The notes under the pieces are model-generated. The model was not told the DNA's origin, ran no database searches, and saw only the letters and a list, made by a program, of their open reading frames with translations. DNA of 64,000 nt. It comes from an uncultured Desulfovibrionaceae bacterium (GTDB taxonomy: Bacteria; Bacillota; Dethiobacteria; DTU022; UBA8154). The first letter of the stretch is position 1. The number at the start of each line of letters is the position of its first letter. The stretch is taken from assembly GCA_964581355.1 (NCBI GenBank), contig CAZOOA010000003.1:8503-72502 (forward strand). The letters run 5' to 3'. Of this stretch, positions 28,793 to 39,340 are shown piece after piece. A program made the translations under genes and the position numbers.

Positions 28793-30993
28793 CAGAGAAG
28801 CTACATCAAATGATGGGTTTAAGCGATGATGAATATGATCTGATTCAGGAACTGATGGGCCGAAAACCCAATGAACTGGAATTGGGCATGTTTTCTGTGA
28901 TGTGGTCTGAGCACTGCAGTTACAAGTGTTCCAGGAAAGTGCTGCAGCTTTTTCCCACTGAAGGGGCAAACATACTGCTGGGACCGGGAGAAAATGCCGG
29001 TATTGTAGATATTGGGGAAGGGCTGGCTGTAGCCTTTAAAATGGAAAGCCATAATCATCCTTCCGCCATTGAACCTTACCAGGGTGCGGCAACAGGGGTG
29101 GGCGGGATTATCCGCGACATTTTTACCATGGGAGCCCGACCCGTTGCTCTTTTGGACTCCCTGCGTTTTGGCCCCTTGGATGATTTACGGGTCAAATTTC
29201 TTTTTGAAGGGGTTGTTTCAGGGATTGGCGGTTACGGAAACTGCGTGGGTATTCCCACCATTGGCGGTGAAACCTGGTTTTATCCCAACTACCAGGGAAA
29301 TCCTTTGGTCAATGTTATGTGTGCGGGGATACTTCCTGCCGGGCGAATTGCCCGGGGTATGGCGTCAGGAACCGGGAATACAGTGATCCTGGTGGGAGCC
29401 CGCACCGGGCGGGACGGCCTGCACGGGGTTACATTTGCCTCCGAAGAACTGACTGATACGTCGGAAGAACAGCGTCCGGCTGTGCAGGTGGGGGACCCTT
29501 TTATGGAGAAACTGTTAATTGAAGCTTGCCTCGAGGCCATTGAAAGAAACCTGGTAGCAGGCATCCAGGACCTGGGAGGCGCCGGTCTTACTTGCGCAAC
29601 ATCCGAAATGTCAAGCCGGGCGGGAAGCGGTATGGTTATCCACCTGGACCGGGTCCCCTGCCGGGAAAATGATCTAACCCCTTACGAAATTATGCTTTCT
29701 GAATCACAGGAGCGGATGCTAATGGTGGTAGAACAAGAAAAAATCGAAGCGATCAAGGAGATTTTTGACCGTTGGGGTCTGGAGTCCAGTGCCATCGGTC
29801 ATGTTACCGACGATGGTCTTTTGCAGGTTTATAACCACGGGAATAAGGTGGCCGAACTGAAGGCCGAATTTTTAACGGAGAAGGCCCCTGAATATGATCT
29901 GCCGGCCCAGGAACCGCCGTATTACCAGGAATTAAAGTCGCAAGATCTCCATTCTCTGCCTCAGCCTCACGACCTGGAACAATCATTTCTGAAATTGTTA
30001 TCTTCCCCGAACATTGCTTCCAAGAATTGGATATTTCGACAATACGATTATATGGTCCGGACCTGCACCGTCCAGGGGCCTGGTGGGGATGCGGCCGTGA
30101 TCCGGGTGAGAGGCACAAATAAAGGGCTGGCCTTTTCCTCTGACGGAAACGGTCGCTATGTCTACCTGGATCCTTACAAAGGCGGTATGATGGCTGTTAT
30201 GGAAGCAGCCCGCAATGTTTCCGTTTCGGGGGCAAAGCCCCTGGCTATTACCAACTGCCTTAACTTTGGCAACCCAAAGCGCCCCCAGATATACTGGCAG
30301 TTTAAACAAGCTGTGGAAGGCATGGCCGCCGCCTGCCGTGCCCTTGGAACACCTGTTACCGGGGGCAATGTGAGCTTTTATAATGAAACCAGCGGAGAAG
30401 CCATTTTCCCTACGCCTGTTGTGGGCATGCTTGGTTTGCTGGATGATGTTTCGCGCCAGGTTAAAAAAGGCTGGTCCCGGGATGGTGATCTGGTCTATCT
30501 GGTGGGCGACCTGCAGGGCAGCATGGCTGGCAGCGAATATCTCTATGTTGTGCACGGGATGTTGGCCGGGGAAATCCCTGCTCCCGACCTGGAAAGGGCG
30601 GCCCGGTTAAACCAGTGTCTGGTAAAGCTTGCTGCTGCCCGGCTGCTCTCTTCAGCCCACGATATCTCCGACGGGGGGCTACTGGTTGCACTGGCTGAAG
30701 CATCCATTGCAGGAAACAGGGGTATAGAGATAGAATTGTCCCTACAGCAGGATACCCGAATAGACGAATTATTGTTTGGTGAAGGTCAGTCCAGGGTTCT
30801 GGTCAGTGTGCATCCTGCAGAAGAGAAGGAGCTCCTGGACAAAGTTCATCAAGCGGGATTGCCCTGTCACCGGTTAGGCACCGTAGGAGGAAGCCAATTT
30901 ATTGTCACAACCGGGGGAGAGCAGCAGCTTGCCCTCCCCCTGGATCAAATTAAAGCTACCTGGGAGGAGGTCATTCCCCGTTGTCTCAGCTAA
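28789..30993 (+). CDS. purL: FGAM synthase subunit PurL (small form)
   Basis: [44 protein letters not shown]. Confidence 0.98.
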   Translation: MTEKLHQMMGLSDDEYDLIQELMGRKPNELELGMFSVMWSEHCSYKCSRKVLQLFPTEGANILLGPGENAGIVDIGEGLAVAFKMESHNHPSAIEPYQGAATGVGGIIRDIFTMGARPVALLDSLRFGPLDDLRVKFLFEGVVSGIGGYGNCVGIPTIGGETWFYPNYQGNPLVNVMCAGILPAGRIARGMASGTGNTVILVGARTGRDGLHGVTFASEELTDTSEEQRPAVQVGDPFMEKLLIEACLEAIERNLVAGIQDLGGAGLTCATSEMSSRAGSGMVIHLDRVPCRENDLTPYEIMLSESQERMLMVVEQEKIEAIKEIFDRWGLESSAIGHVTDDGLLQVYNHGNKVAELKAEFLTEKAPEYDLPAQEPPYYQELKSQDLHSLPQPHDLEQSFLKLLSSPNIASKNWIFRQYDYMVRTCTVQGPGGDAAVIRVRGTNKGLAFSSDGNGRYVYLDPYKGGMMAVMEAARNVSVSGAKPLAITNCLNFGNPKRPQIYWQFKQAVEGMAAACRALGTPVTGGNVSFYNETSGEAIFPTPVVGMLGLLDDVSRQVKKGWSRDGDLVYLVGDLQGSMAGSEYLYVVHGMLAGEIPAPDLERAARLNQCLVKLAAARLLSSAHDISDGGLLVALAEASIAGNRGIEIELSLQQDTRIDELLFGEGQSRVLVSVHPAEEKELLDKVHQAGLPCHRLGTVGGSQFIVTTGGEQQLALPLDQIKATWEEVIPRCLS

Positions 30994-32438
30994 AGTTCGA
31001 ACCCTTTGGAGATAATTATCCAGAGTGCAGTGTCACCAGCGGCAAAGACCGTATGGAAGAGGCTTGTGGGGTTTTCGGCGTATTTGCATCTGGAGAAGAT
31101 CTGTTTCGGTTGACTTGCTTTGCCCTTTTTGCCCTGCAGCACAGGGGCCAGGAAAGTGCCGGAGTGGCTTTGAGTGATGGGAACGGTATTTATCTGAATA
31201 AAGGGGTAGGCCTGGTTTCTGAGGTCCTGACAGACCTGGACGCCATGAAAGATATCCCCTCTGTTGGTGCAGTCGGTCATGTCCGGTATTCCACTGCTGG
31301 AGGGGGGCGCCCCGAAAATGCACAACCGCTTTTGATCGAATACCGGCATGGTTCGTTGGCGGTGGTCCACAACGGCAACCTGATTAATGCCATGGAACTG
31401 AGGGAAAACTTAGAAGATCAGGGCTCCATTTTTCAGACCACTACAGATAGTGAGCTGGTAGCCCACTTGATAGCCCGATATGGTTATGGTGATTTGGAGG
31501 CTTCTTTAAAGTCTGCTCTGACTCACCTGCAAGGGGCTTACAACTTCCTGTTTTTAACGGAGAACAGTCTGGTGGGTGTCCGGGATCCCCACGGTATTCA
31601 CCCCTTATCCCTGGGCAAATGGAACGGGCATTATGTTCTGGCTTCGGAAACCTGCGCCTTTGATACCATTGGAGCGGAAGTAATCCGGGATATCGAACCG
31701 GGGGAAATGGTAATTATTGATCAAAACGGATTAACCAGCAAGCAGGTGCTGCCTTCCCAGCGCCAGGCCTTGTGTGTGTTTGAATTCATTTACTTTGCAC
31801 GTCCTGACAGCAATATTCATGGGAAAAATGTTCACCTGGTCCGCAAAGAGCTGGGACGCAGGCTGGCCAGGGAGCAGCCTGCCGAAGCTGATCTGGTTAC
31901 GGGAGTTCCTGATTCCAGCCTTTCTGCTGCCTCGGGGTTCGCTGAGGAGTTGGGCATTCCTTACGAAATGGGGTTAATCAAAAACAAGTATATCGGCCGC
32001 ACTTTTATTCAGCCCAAGCAGGAAATACGCAGTCTGGGTGTACAGCTCAAGCTGAACCCCATCTTTAAGGTTGTGGAAGGAAAAAGAGTTGTAGTAGTGG
32101 ACGATTCCATTGTTAGGGGTACAACCAGCAAGAAGCTGGTCAACATGTTTTTTAAAGCAGGAGCCCGGGATGTCCACCTGCGGATCAGCTCACCACCAGT
32201 AATTGCTCCCTGCTACTACGGTATTGACACGCCAACCTATGAAGAATTAATCGGCTCATACAAAGACACCGAAGCAATTCGGAAAGAGGTGGGCGCTACT
32301 TCCCTGGGATATCTCAGCTACGAGAGTACAGTTCAGTCATCGGGGCTATGTGAAAGCGAACTCTGTACGGCCTGCTTTTCCGGTAAATATCCAGTTGAGA
32401 TTGAGGGTGGAACGTATGAAAGATCCGAAAAGTTTTGA
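30981..32438 (+). CDS. purF: Amidophosphoribosyltransferase
   Basis: [33 protein letters not shown]-terminal CTAC. Confidence 0.97.
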   Translation: MSQLKFEPFGDNYPECSVTSGKDRMEEACGVFGVFASGEDLFRLTCFALFALQHRGQESAGVALSDGNGIYLNKGVGLVSEVLTDLDAMKDIPSVGAVGHVRYSTAGGGRPENAQPLLIEYRHGSLAVVHNGNLINAMELRENLEDQGSIFQTTTDSELVAHLIARYGYGDLEASLKSALTHLQGAYNFLFLTENSLVGVRDPHGIHPLSLGKWNGHYVLASETCAFDTIGAEVIRDIEPGEMVIIDQNGLTSKQVLPSQRQALCVFEFIYFARPDSNIHGKNVHLVRKELGRRLAREQPAEADLVTGVPDSSLSAASGFAEELGIPYEMGLIKNKYIGRTFIQPKQEIRSLGVQLKLNPIFKVVEGKRVVVVDDSIVRGTTSKKLVNMFFKAGARDVHLRISSPPVIAPCYYGIDTPTYEELIGSYKDTEAIRKEVGATSLGYLSYESTVQSSGLCESELCTACFSGKYPVEIEGGTYERSEKF

Positions 32439-33468
32439 TTATAAAGCGGCAGGGGTTGATATTGAAGCAGGCGAAAAAATTGTTTCAGAGATCAAGGAAC
32501 TGGTAAAAATGACCCATCGACGGGAGGTTCTGACGGGAATTGGCGGTTTTGCCGGCCTGTTTAAACCCGAACTTTCCGGCTACCGGGACCCTGTTCTGGT
32601 AGCAGCAACCGATGGAGTCGGGACAAAGTTAAAAATCGCTTTTGCCCTGGGCAAACACGATACAGTCGGCATTGATGCTGTTGCTATGTGTGTTAACGAC
32701 CTGGTAGTCCAGGGTGCAGAACCGCTTTTCTTCCTGGATTACCTGGCCACCGGGCGCCTGGAAAGCCAGGTTGTCAAAGAGGTTGTTTCGGGTATAGCCC
32801 AGGGGTGCCGGCAGGCAGGGTGTGCCCTGCTGGGGGGAGAAACGGCGGAAATGCCCGGGTTTTATCCCCCGGGGGAATACGATGTAGCCGGGTTTGCCCT
32901 GGGAATTGTCGATCAGAGCAGAATTATTACCGGCAAAAACTCCAAACCGGGAGACTGTCTGCTGGGCCTGGCTTCTTCAGGGATTCACAGCAACGGCTTA
33001 TCCCTGGTCCGTAAAGTCCTTTTGGAGCATGCCGGCTTTACACTGGATCAGCAGGTTCCCCAGCTGGGTTGTACCCTGGGCGAAGAACTTCTGAAACCAA
33101 CCTCAATTTATGTTCCCTATATCCTATCATTGCTGGAGGATTATGAAATTAAAGGGATTGCCCATATAACCGGTGGAGGAATCACGCAAAATCTGCCACG
33201 AGTCCTGCCCGAGGGGACAAGAGCCGTTATCCGTAAGGATTCCTGGGAGATTCCCCCCATTTTTACACTGGTTCAGGATGAAGGAAATATTGCCGAAGAG
33301 GAAATGTATAGGACATTTAATCTGGGTATAGGCATGGTTTTGTCCCTCTCCTCGGGTAGCAGGAAGAAGGTTCAGGACCGGTTGAAGGAGCTGGGGGTGC
33401 GTTCCTGGGAAATAGGTGCGATAGAAAAGGGTGAAGCAAGCCTTGCTCCTTATGTAGAATTTAAATAG
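32416..33468 (+). CDS. purM: AIR synthetase
   Basis: YKAAGVD, TDGVGTK, GGETAEMP, SSGIHSNG, AHITGGG. Confidence 0.97.
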   Translation: MKDPKSFDYKAAGVDIEAGEKIVSEIKELVKMTHRREVLTGIGGFAGLFKPELSGYRDPVLVAATDGVGTKLKIAFALGKHDTVGIDAVAMCVNDLVVQGAEPLFFLDYLATGRLESQVVKEVVSGIAQGCRQAGCALLGGETAEMPGFYPPGEYDVAGFALGIVDQSRIITGKNSKPGDCLLGLASSGIHSNGLSLVRKVLLEHAGFTLDQQVPQLGCTLGEELLKPTSIYVPYILSLLEDYEIKGIAHITGGGITQNLPRVLPEGTRAVIRKDSWEIPPIFTLVQDEGNIAEEEMYRTFNLGIGMVLSLSSGSRKKVQDRLKELGVRSWEIGAIEKGEASLAPYVEFK

Positions 33469-33483
33469 AGGAGGGATGACCGG

Positions 33484-34089
33484 TTGAACCTGGCTGTCTT
33501 GGCTTCCGGAAGTGGGAGCAATTTGCAGGCCATCATTCACGCTGTGGAACAGGGTTCGGTTGATGGGTTGGTTAAAGTAGTAATCAGCGACCGTGCTGAT
33601 GCTTTTGCGCTGCAAAGGGCCAAAAAACATGGAATAGAAACACGTTACATAAATCCGCTGGATTATTCCAACCGGGAGCAATTTGATAATCACGTCTGTT
33701 CCTTATTGGAAGAACGCCAGGTAGGCCTTGTTGTTTTAGCAGGATTCATGCGGCTTTTATCTCCGCTTTTCGTTCAGCGTTTCCAGGGACGAATCATGAA
33801 TATTCATCCCTCTTTATTGCCGTCTTTCCCCGGCCTGGACGGGGTTAGGCAGGCACTGGAATACGGGGTGAAAGTAAGTGGCTGTACAGTCCATTTTGTA
33901 GATGAAGGGCTTGATACAGGGCCGATAATACTACAGGAAGCAGTTCCGGTGCTGGAAACCGATGATGAAAACGCTTTACAGCAGCGAATTCACGAGGTTG
34001 AACACCGACTCTATCCTCAGGCAATACAGTTATATTTCCAGGGAAAACTATCTGTAAAAGGGAGAAGGTGTATTGTTCATGAAAGGTAA
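33484..34089 (+). CDS. purN: GAR transformylase
   Basis: SGSGSNLQA, LAGFMR, NIHPSLLP, TVHFVDEGLDTGP. Confidence 0.97.
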   Translation: MNLAVLASGSGSNLQAIIHAVEQGSVDGLVKVVISDRADAFALQRAKKHGIETRYINPLDYSNREQFDNHVCSLLEERQVGLVVLAGFMRLLSPLFVQRFQGRIMNIHPSLLPSFPGLDGVRQALEYGVKVSGCTVHFVDEGLDTGPIILQEAVPVLETDDENALQQRIHEVEHRLYPQAIQLYFQGKLSVKGRRCIVHER

Positions 34090-35629
34090 AAAAGCGTTAA
34101 TTAGTGTATCGGACAAAACTGGTGTTGTCCTGTTTGCCCAAGAGTTGGATTCCATGGGCTGGGAAATTATTTCCACCGGGGGTACTGCAAGGGCGTTGAG
34201 GGAAGCAGGGATTACTGTCAAGGATATCAGTGAAGTTACCGGCTTTCCCGAGATTCTGGACGGCCGGCTAAAAACCCTGCATCCGCTGGTCCATGGAGGC
34301 ATTTTAGGACGAAGAGAACTGGAAGACCATGTCAAGCAAATGCAGGAACACGCCATAGAGAACATCGACCTGGTGGCTGTTAATCTTTATCCTTTCCCGG
34401 AAGTGATTTCCAAAGAGGGTATAGCTTTGGATGAAGCCGTAGAAAATATTGATATTGGCGGGCCTACCATGGTTCGCGCTGCGGCAAAAAATTACCGGGA
34501 TGTGGTCGTTGTTGTGGAACCGGCAAACTACAGCATCGTGGTTGAGGAGTTGCGAAAAGGCGGCGATCTGTCCGACTCAATCCGCTACCAGCTGGCAGTG
34601 GATGCCTTTTCTCATACAGCCTATTATGATAGCATTATTGCCAACTACTTAAGGAAAAAAGTCGATAACGAAAGATACCAGCTGTTCCCGTCTCAGTTAA
34701 CTTTGCCCTTTCAGAAGGCCCAGGAGTTGCGCTACGGGGAAAACCCTCACCAGAAAGCGGCATTTTACCGGGAGCCTTTGCCAGCGCCGGGGACTGTTGC
34801 CGGGGCCCAGCAGCTCCAGGGTAAAGAAATGTCTTTCAACAACATCAATGACCTGCATGCTGCCTGGGAGCTGGTAAAAGAGTTTGAAGAGCCTACGGCA
34901 GTGGCCGTTAAACATGCGAACCCCTGCGGAGTCGGCTCGGCTGAGACACTTATTGAGGCATATCAAAAAGCCCATGACTCCGATCCGGTTTCCATCTTCG
35001 GCGGTATTGTTGCCCTGAACCGCGAGGTGGATGAAGAAACGGCAAGAAAAATGGCGGAAATATTCCTGGAAGTGATTGCTGCGCCTTCATTTTCGCCACC
35101 TGCCCTGGATATCCTGTCGAAAAAACAAAATATCCGCTTGTTGACTATTCCCTTGGAAAAGGACCCGGAAGGGGGCATGGACTGGAAAAAAGTAAGCGGT
35201 GGCCTTTTAATGCAGGATGATCCAGCTGAACTGTTTGACTCCCAGCAATGGCGAGTCGTAACGGGTCGCACTCCTACGGAGCAGGAGGTAAAGGACCTGG
35301 TTTTTGGGCTTAAGACAGTCCGGCATGTTAACTCCAATGCCATCGTCCTGGCCAAACGGGAGCAGACCTGGGGGATCGGGGCCGGCCAGATGAGCCGGGT
35401 CGGGGCCGTCAGGATTGCCCTGGGGCAGGCAGGACAAGAGGCGCGGGGCAGTATCATAGCATCAGATGCATTTTTCCCCTTTAAAGACGGGGTAGAGATG
35501 GCTGCAGAATACGGTGTTACCGCTGTTATTCAGCCAGGCGGCTCGAACCGTGACGAAGAGGTAGTCGAAGCATGTGAACAGTACAATATTGCCATGGTTT
35601 TTACGGGCAGACGCTATTTTAAACATTAG
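34079..35629 (+). CDS. purH: Bifunctional AICAR transformylase / IMP cyclohydrolase
   Basis: ALISVSDKTG, GRLKTLHP, IDIGGP, RYGENPHQ, KHANPCG, SDAFFPF. Confidence 0.98.
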   Translation: MKGKKALISVSDKTGVVLFAQELDSMGWEIISTGGTARALREAGITVKDISEVTGFPEILDGRLKTLHPLVHGGILGRRELEDHVKQMQEHAIENIDLVAVNLYPFPEVISKEGIALDEAVENIDIGGPTMVRAAAKNYRDVVVVVEPANYSIVVEELRKGGDLSDSIRYQLAVDAFSHTAYYDSIIANYLRKKVDNERYQLFPSQLTLPFQKAQELRYGENPHQKAAFYREPLPAPGTVAGAQQLQGKEMSFNNINDLHAAWELVKEFEEPTAVAVKHANPCGVGSAETLIEAYQKAHDSDPVSIFGGIVALNREVDEETARKMAEIFLEVIAAPSFSPPALDILSKKQNIRLLTIPLEKDPEGGMDWKKVSGGLLMQDDPAELFDSQQWRVVTGRTPTEQEVKDLVFGLKTVRHVNSNAIVLAKREQTWGIGAGQMSRVGAVRIALGQAGQEARGSIIASDAFFPFKDGVEMAAEYGVTAVIQPGGSNRDEEVVEACEQYNIAMVFTGRRYFKH

Positions 35630-35644
35630 AGGGGGCAAGCAGTA

Positions 35645-36913
35645 ATGGATGTACTGGTTGTAGGAGGCGGTGGACGGGAGCATGCGCTGATTTGGAAACT
35701 TTCGCAAAGCCCGGAAGTGGACAAAATATACTGTGCCCCCGGCAATGCAGGCATTGCTTCCCTGGCAGAATGTGTTCCTGTGGGCGCCGAGGACGGGCAA
35801 GGATTGCAGCAGTTTGCCCGGGAAAAGGGTATTCATTTAACTGTAGTGGGTCCCGAAGCACCTTTAATGGAAGGAATCGTGGATCTGTTCCAGGAAAACG
35901 GTCAGCTTATTTTTGGACCTGACCGCAGCGGGGCCATGCTGGAGGGAAGCAAGGCCTGGGCTAAACAGTTTATGTCCAGGCATGATATACCTACGGCCTC
36001 TTTCGAAGTTTTTGAAGAACCTGATAAGGCCTACGAACATATCAAATCCATTCAATATCCCGCTGTAATCAAAGCTGACGGCCTGGCGGCAGGGAAAGGG
36101 GTAATCATTGCCACTGACCAGCAGGATGCTGCTAAGGCAGTTCACGACTTGATGGTGGAAAAGATTTTTGGTGAAGCGGGGAATCGAATTGTCGTGGAGG
36201 ATTTCCTGGAAGGAGAAGAGGTTTCTGTTTTTGCCATTACAGACGGCACTTCATATGTAACTTTACCTTCCGCACAGGACCATAAGGCAATCTTTGACGG
36301 AGATAAAGGGCCGAACACCGGCGGAATGGGTGCGTACTCACCGGCGCCAGTCTTGACATCCAGGTATCAGCAGGAGGTCGAAAGCTTGATCCTGGAGCCT
36401 GTATTTAACGGGTTGGCAGCTGAAGGGATTATCTATAGAGGGGTGCTTTTTGTTGGGTTAATTGTTACCCGGCAGGGAATGCGTGTGCTGGAGTTTAATG
36501 TCCGTTTTGGGGATCCTGAAGCACAGGTAATCCTGCCCCGGATGAAATCCGATCTGCTGCCCTTGCTGTATGAAGGGGCCAGGGGTAACTACCGGGTGAT
36601 TGAGCCGCCCCAGTGGTATGACAATTACAGCGTATGCGTGGTTATGGCTTCACAAGGTTACCCGGGAAGTTATGAAAAAGGAAAAATTATTTCCGGTTTA
36701 TCTGAAACAGCCGGGATGGAACATGTCAAGGTTTTTCATGCCGGGACAAAGCTCCAGGATGAAGGGATTGTCACCGCTGGCGGACGGGTGCTTGGTCTGA
36801 CAGCCTGGGATAATTCGCTGCAAAAGGCAGTCGAGCGGGTGTACCATTTGGCAGAAAAGATTCAATTTGACGGAGCATATTATCGCAAGGATATTGCCCA
36901 CCGGGCCCTGTAA
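35645..36913 (+). CDS. purD: GAR synthetase
   Basis: GGGGREHAL, KADGLAAGKGV, GPNTGGMG, EFNVRFGDPE, GGRVL. Confidence 0.98.
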   Translation: MDVLVVGGGGREHALIWKLSQSPEVDKIYCAPGNAGIASLAECVPVGAEDGQGLQQFAREKGIHLTVVGPEAPLMEGIVDLFQENGQLIFGPDRSGAMLEGSKAWAKQFMSRHDIPTASFEVFEEPDKAYEHIKSIQYPAVIKADGLAAGKGVIIATDQQDAAKAVHDLMVEKIFGEAGNRIVVEDFLEGEEVSVFAITDGTSYVTLPSAQDHKAIFDGDKGPNTGGMGAYSPAPVLTSRYQQEVESLILEPVFNGLAAEGIIYRGVLFVGLIVTRQGMRVLEFNVRFGDPEAQVILPRMKSDLLPLLYEGARGNYRVIEPPQWYDNYSVCVVMASQGYPGSYEKGKIISGLSETAGMEHVKVFHAGTKLQDEGIVTAGGRVLGLTAWDNSLQKAVERVYHLAEKIQFDGAYYRKDIAHRAL

Positions 36914-36960
36914 TAAAGATAGGGTGGATAAAGATACGATAGAGGAAGTGAAACGAAAAT

Positions 36961-36997
36961 TTCCCCAATAAGCTTTGGCTTAAAGGGGATTTTTTTT
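36961..36997 (+). terminator. Probable pur operon terminator
   Basis: TCCCC..TAAGC-TTTG-GCTTA..GGGGA stem followed by 8 T. Confidence 0.7.
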
Positions 36998-37022
36998 GCT
37001 AATTGCTCAGAGCAATTAGCAA
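36996..37022. repeat. Perfect 27-bp palindrome (13-1-13)
   Basis: TTGCTAATTGCTC-A-GAGCAATTAGCAA. Confidence 0.9.
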
Positions 37023-37276
37023 GCGCAGCCTTGCTTGGGGGCGGGTTTAGAGTATGGGGACACATCTTTTGTAGAGAAATGTCCCCTTGCAAAGTTTCCA
37101 GAGCGTGGTGCAGGACAGACAGGAAAAGCGACAGAACAGTCTTCCTGCTTCGCGGTGTGTGGTGTAACAAATGGGCTGAGAAGTTACAATTATTTATTTA
37201 TTTCTGGCAGGGAAACCTTCTTGGTGTGTTTAATAATTATAAGTGATGCAGTTATGCATAACCTGCCTGGAGGTGT

Positions 37277-39031
37277 TTGTCTTTGCCCAAACAAAGCATA
37301 AAGTTGGAACAGGTTTTAAATGCCGTTTATAACGGAATCGTGGCCATTAATACCCGGGGTGAAATTATTTTGTTCAACAAATCAGCAGCCCGGTTTATGG
37401 GCATCTCCAAGGAGGAAGCCCTGGGCCAAAAGGTTGAGACATTAATTCCTAATACCGGCTTACTGGAAATCCTGGAAACAGAAGAAAGCCGGCCGACCCA
37501 AAAACTGCGGATTCGGGGGCGGACGGTGATCAGTAACAGATCCCCTATCTACGACCAAAACCGTGTCCTGGTTGGCGCCATTGGGGTGTTCCAGGATGTT
37601 TCAGAATTGGAAATCATGGCCAAAGAATTAAAAGAAGAACGCGAGATCAAGGAGGAGCTGGATGCAATTATCGAGTCTTCTTATGACGGCATCTGGATTA
37701 CCGACGGTCAAGGTTATACTTTGCACTTAAACAGCGCTTATGAGCGGATATCCGGCCTTAAGAAAGATGAAGTGGTCGGTCGCCACATGCAGGAGTTGGT
37801 GGATGAGGGCTATTTTTCTGAATCTGTTACCCTTCATGTCCTGGAGAAAAAGGAACGGGTGACTATTATGCATAATATTTTCAAAAAAAATGACAAAAAT
37901 GTTTTGATCACCGGGAACCCTATTTTTGATGAGAACAATGAGGTGGTTCGGGTTGTCACCAATGTCCGCGATATTACAGAATTAATAAACCTCAAAGAAG
38001 AAAGGGAAAATAAAAACCGCTTGGCGGCTCAATACAAGGAAGAGCTGGATCGGCTCAGGTCAGGCCAACTGAAACTGGACAACTTTGTTGTTCACAGCTC
38101 ACAGATGCAGCATGTTTTTGACCTGGCTGTCAGGGTGGGCCAGGTAGACTCGATGGTACTGATCAACGGGGAATCCGGTGTGGGGAAGGAAGGCATTGCT
38201 AATGTTATTGTCCAGGCCAGTGAAAGAAGAGACGGTCCTTTTATCAAAATCAACTGCGGAGCGATACCAGAAAACCTTCTTGAGTCAGAGCTTTTTGGTT
38301 ATGAAAAAGGGGCCTTTACCGGTGCAGACCGCAAAGGGAAACTGGGCATGTTTGAGCTGGCCAACAAGGGAACGATTTTTTTGGACGAAGTAGCTGAAAT
38401 TCCACTCAACTTGCAGGTGAAACTGCTCCGGGTTTTCCAGGACCAGCAGATTATGCGCATTGGTGGAGTTAAAACCATTAACCTGGATGTCCGGGTTATC
38501 GCGGCAACCAATAAAAACCTGGAAGAAATGGCCAGGAAGGGAACGTTCAGGGAGGACCTCTACTATCGCCTGAATGTAGTTCCAATTACCGTTCCTCCCC
38601 TGCGGGAAAGAAAAGATGATATCCCGGCATTGATTCACTTTTTTATCAATATGTACAACAAGAAATACAATATGTATAAACGTATTTCCGGCGATGCGAT
38701 TGACTGTTTGATGGAATACCCCTGGCCAGGCAATGTCAGGGAGCTTCAAAACTTGATTGAAAGACTTGTTGTCCTTTCCAGGGAGCCGGTGATTGCCCTG
38801 GATCAGATCCCCCAGCAGTTTAAGAACAGTTACGGGCCAGCAGAAAGCCTGAAGCTGGATGTGAACAACAATATGACGTTAAAAGAGGCCGTATCCATGC
38901 TGGAGCAAGAATTGATCAAAGAGGCTATGAACAGACATAAAACTACACGGAAGGCTGCCCGAGCCCTGGGGGTGGACCAATCCACCATTGTCCGTAAGCT
39001 GAAAAGACTGGAAAGCAAAGAAAGCAGTTAA
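37277..39031 (+). CDS. Sigma54-dependent enhancer-binding protein with two PAS domains
   Basis: Two PAS repeats, Walker A GESGVGKE, ELFGYEKGAFTGA, FREDLYYRLN, WPGNVREL, C-terminal HTH. Confidence 0.96.
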   Translation: MSLPKQSIKLEQVLNAVYNGIVAINTRGEIILFNKSAARFMGISKEEALGQKVETLIPNTGLLEILETEESRPTQKLRIRGRTVISNRSPIYDQNRVLVGAIGVFQDVSELEIMAKELKEEREIKEELDAIIESSYDGIWITDGQGYTLHLNSAYERISGLKKDEVVGRHMQELVDEGYFSESVTLHVLEKKERVTIMHNIFKKNDKNVLITGNPIFDENNEVVRVVTNVRDITELINLKEERENKNRLAAQYKEELDRLRSGQLKLDNFVVHSSQMQHVFDLAVRVGQVDSMVLINGESGVGKEGIANVIVQASERRDGPFIKINCGAIPENLLESELFGYEKGAFTGADRKGKLGMFELANKGTIFLDEVAEIPLNLQVKLLRVFQDQQIMRIGGVKTINLDVRVIAATNKNLEEMARKGTFREDLYYRLNVVPITVPPLRERKDDIPALIHFFINMYNKKYNMYKRISGDAIDCLMEYPWPGNVRELQNLIERLVVLSREPVIALDQIPQQFKNSYGPAESLKLDVNNNMTLKEAVSMLEQELIKEAMNRHKTTRKAARALGVDQSTIVRKLKRLESKESS

Positions 39032-39063
39032 GTGCCTGCCTGCTCTGGTTTTTGAAAGCAAAG

Positions 39064-39102
39064 TGATGAAAAATGGCATCATTATGATGTGTGCATGCAT
39101 CG
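39064..39102. promoter_or_regulatory. Tandem candidate enhancer (UAS) sites TGATG-N8-CATCA
   Basis: TGATG-aaaaatgg-CATCA (39064-39081) and TGATG-tgtgcatg-CATCG (39085-39102), 21-bp period, ~140-180 bp upstream of the -24/-12 promoter. Confidence 0.7.
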
Positions 39103-39241
39103 GCGCCCGCTTTTTGAGGTGAATTGAAAATATAAGAAACAGTCTGACTATAAAGGTTATTCTTTAAAAACCCTTTACAAGTCGGGGGCTGAAACGGTTC
39201 TTGATTCATAAGAAATAAAGAACCGTTTTTCTTTTCTGTTT

Positions 39242-39257
39242 TGGCATTGTTTTTGCA
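39242..39257 (+). promoter_or_regulatory. Sigma54 (-24/-12) promoter
   Basis: TGGCATTGTTTTTGCA: GG-N10-GC in TGGCA/TTGCA context, directly after an EBP gene. Confidence 0.88.
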
Positions 39258-39340
39258 ACTGAAATAGGACAGATAAAATTGTGTTTAGAGCATAATTGAT
39301 ATTTTAGAAAACCAAACAGAAAGGATGGACAAAAGAAATT

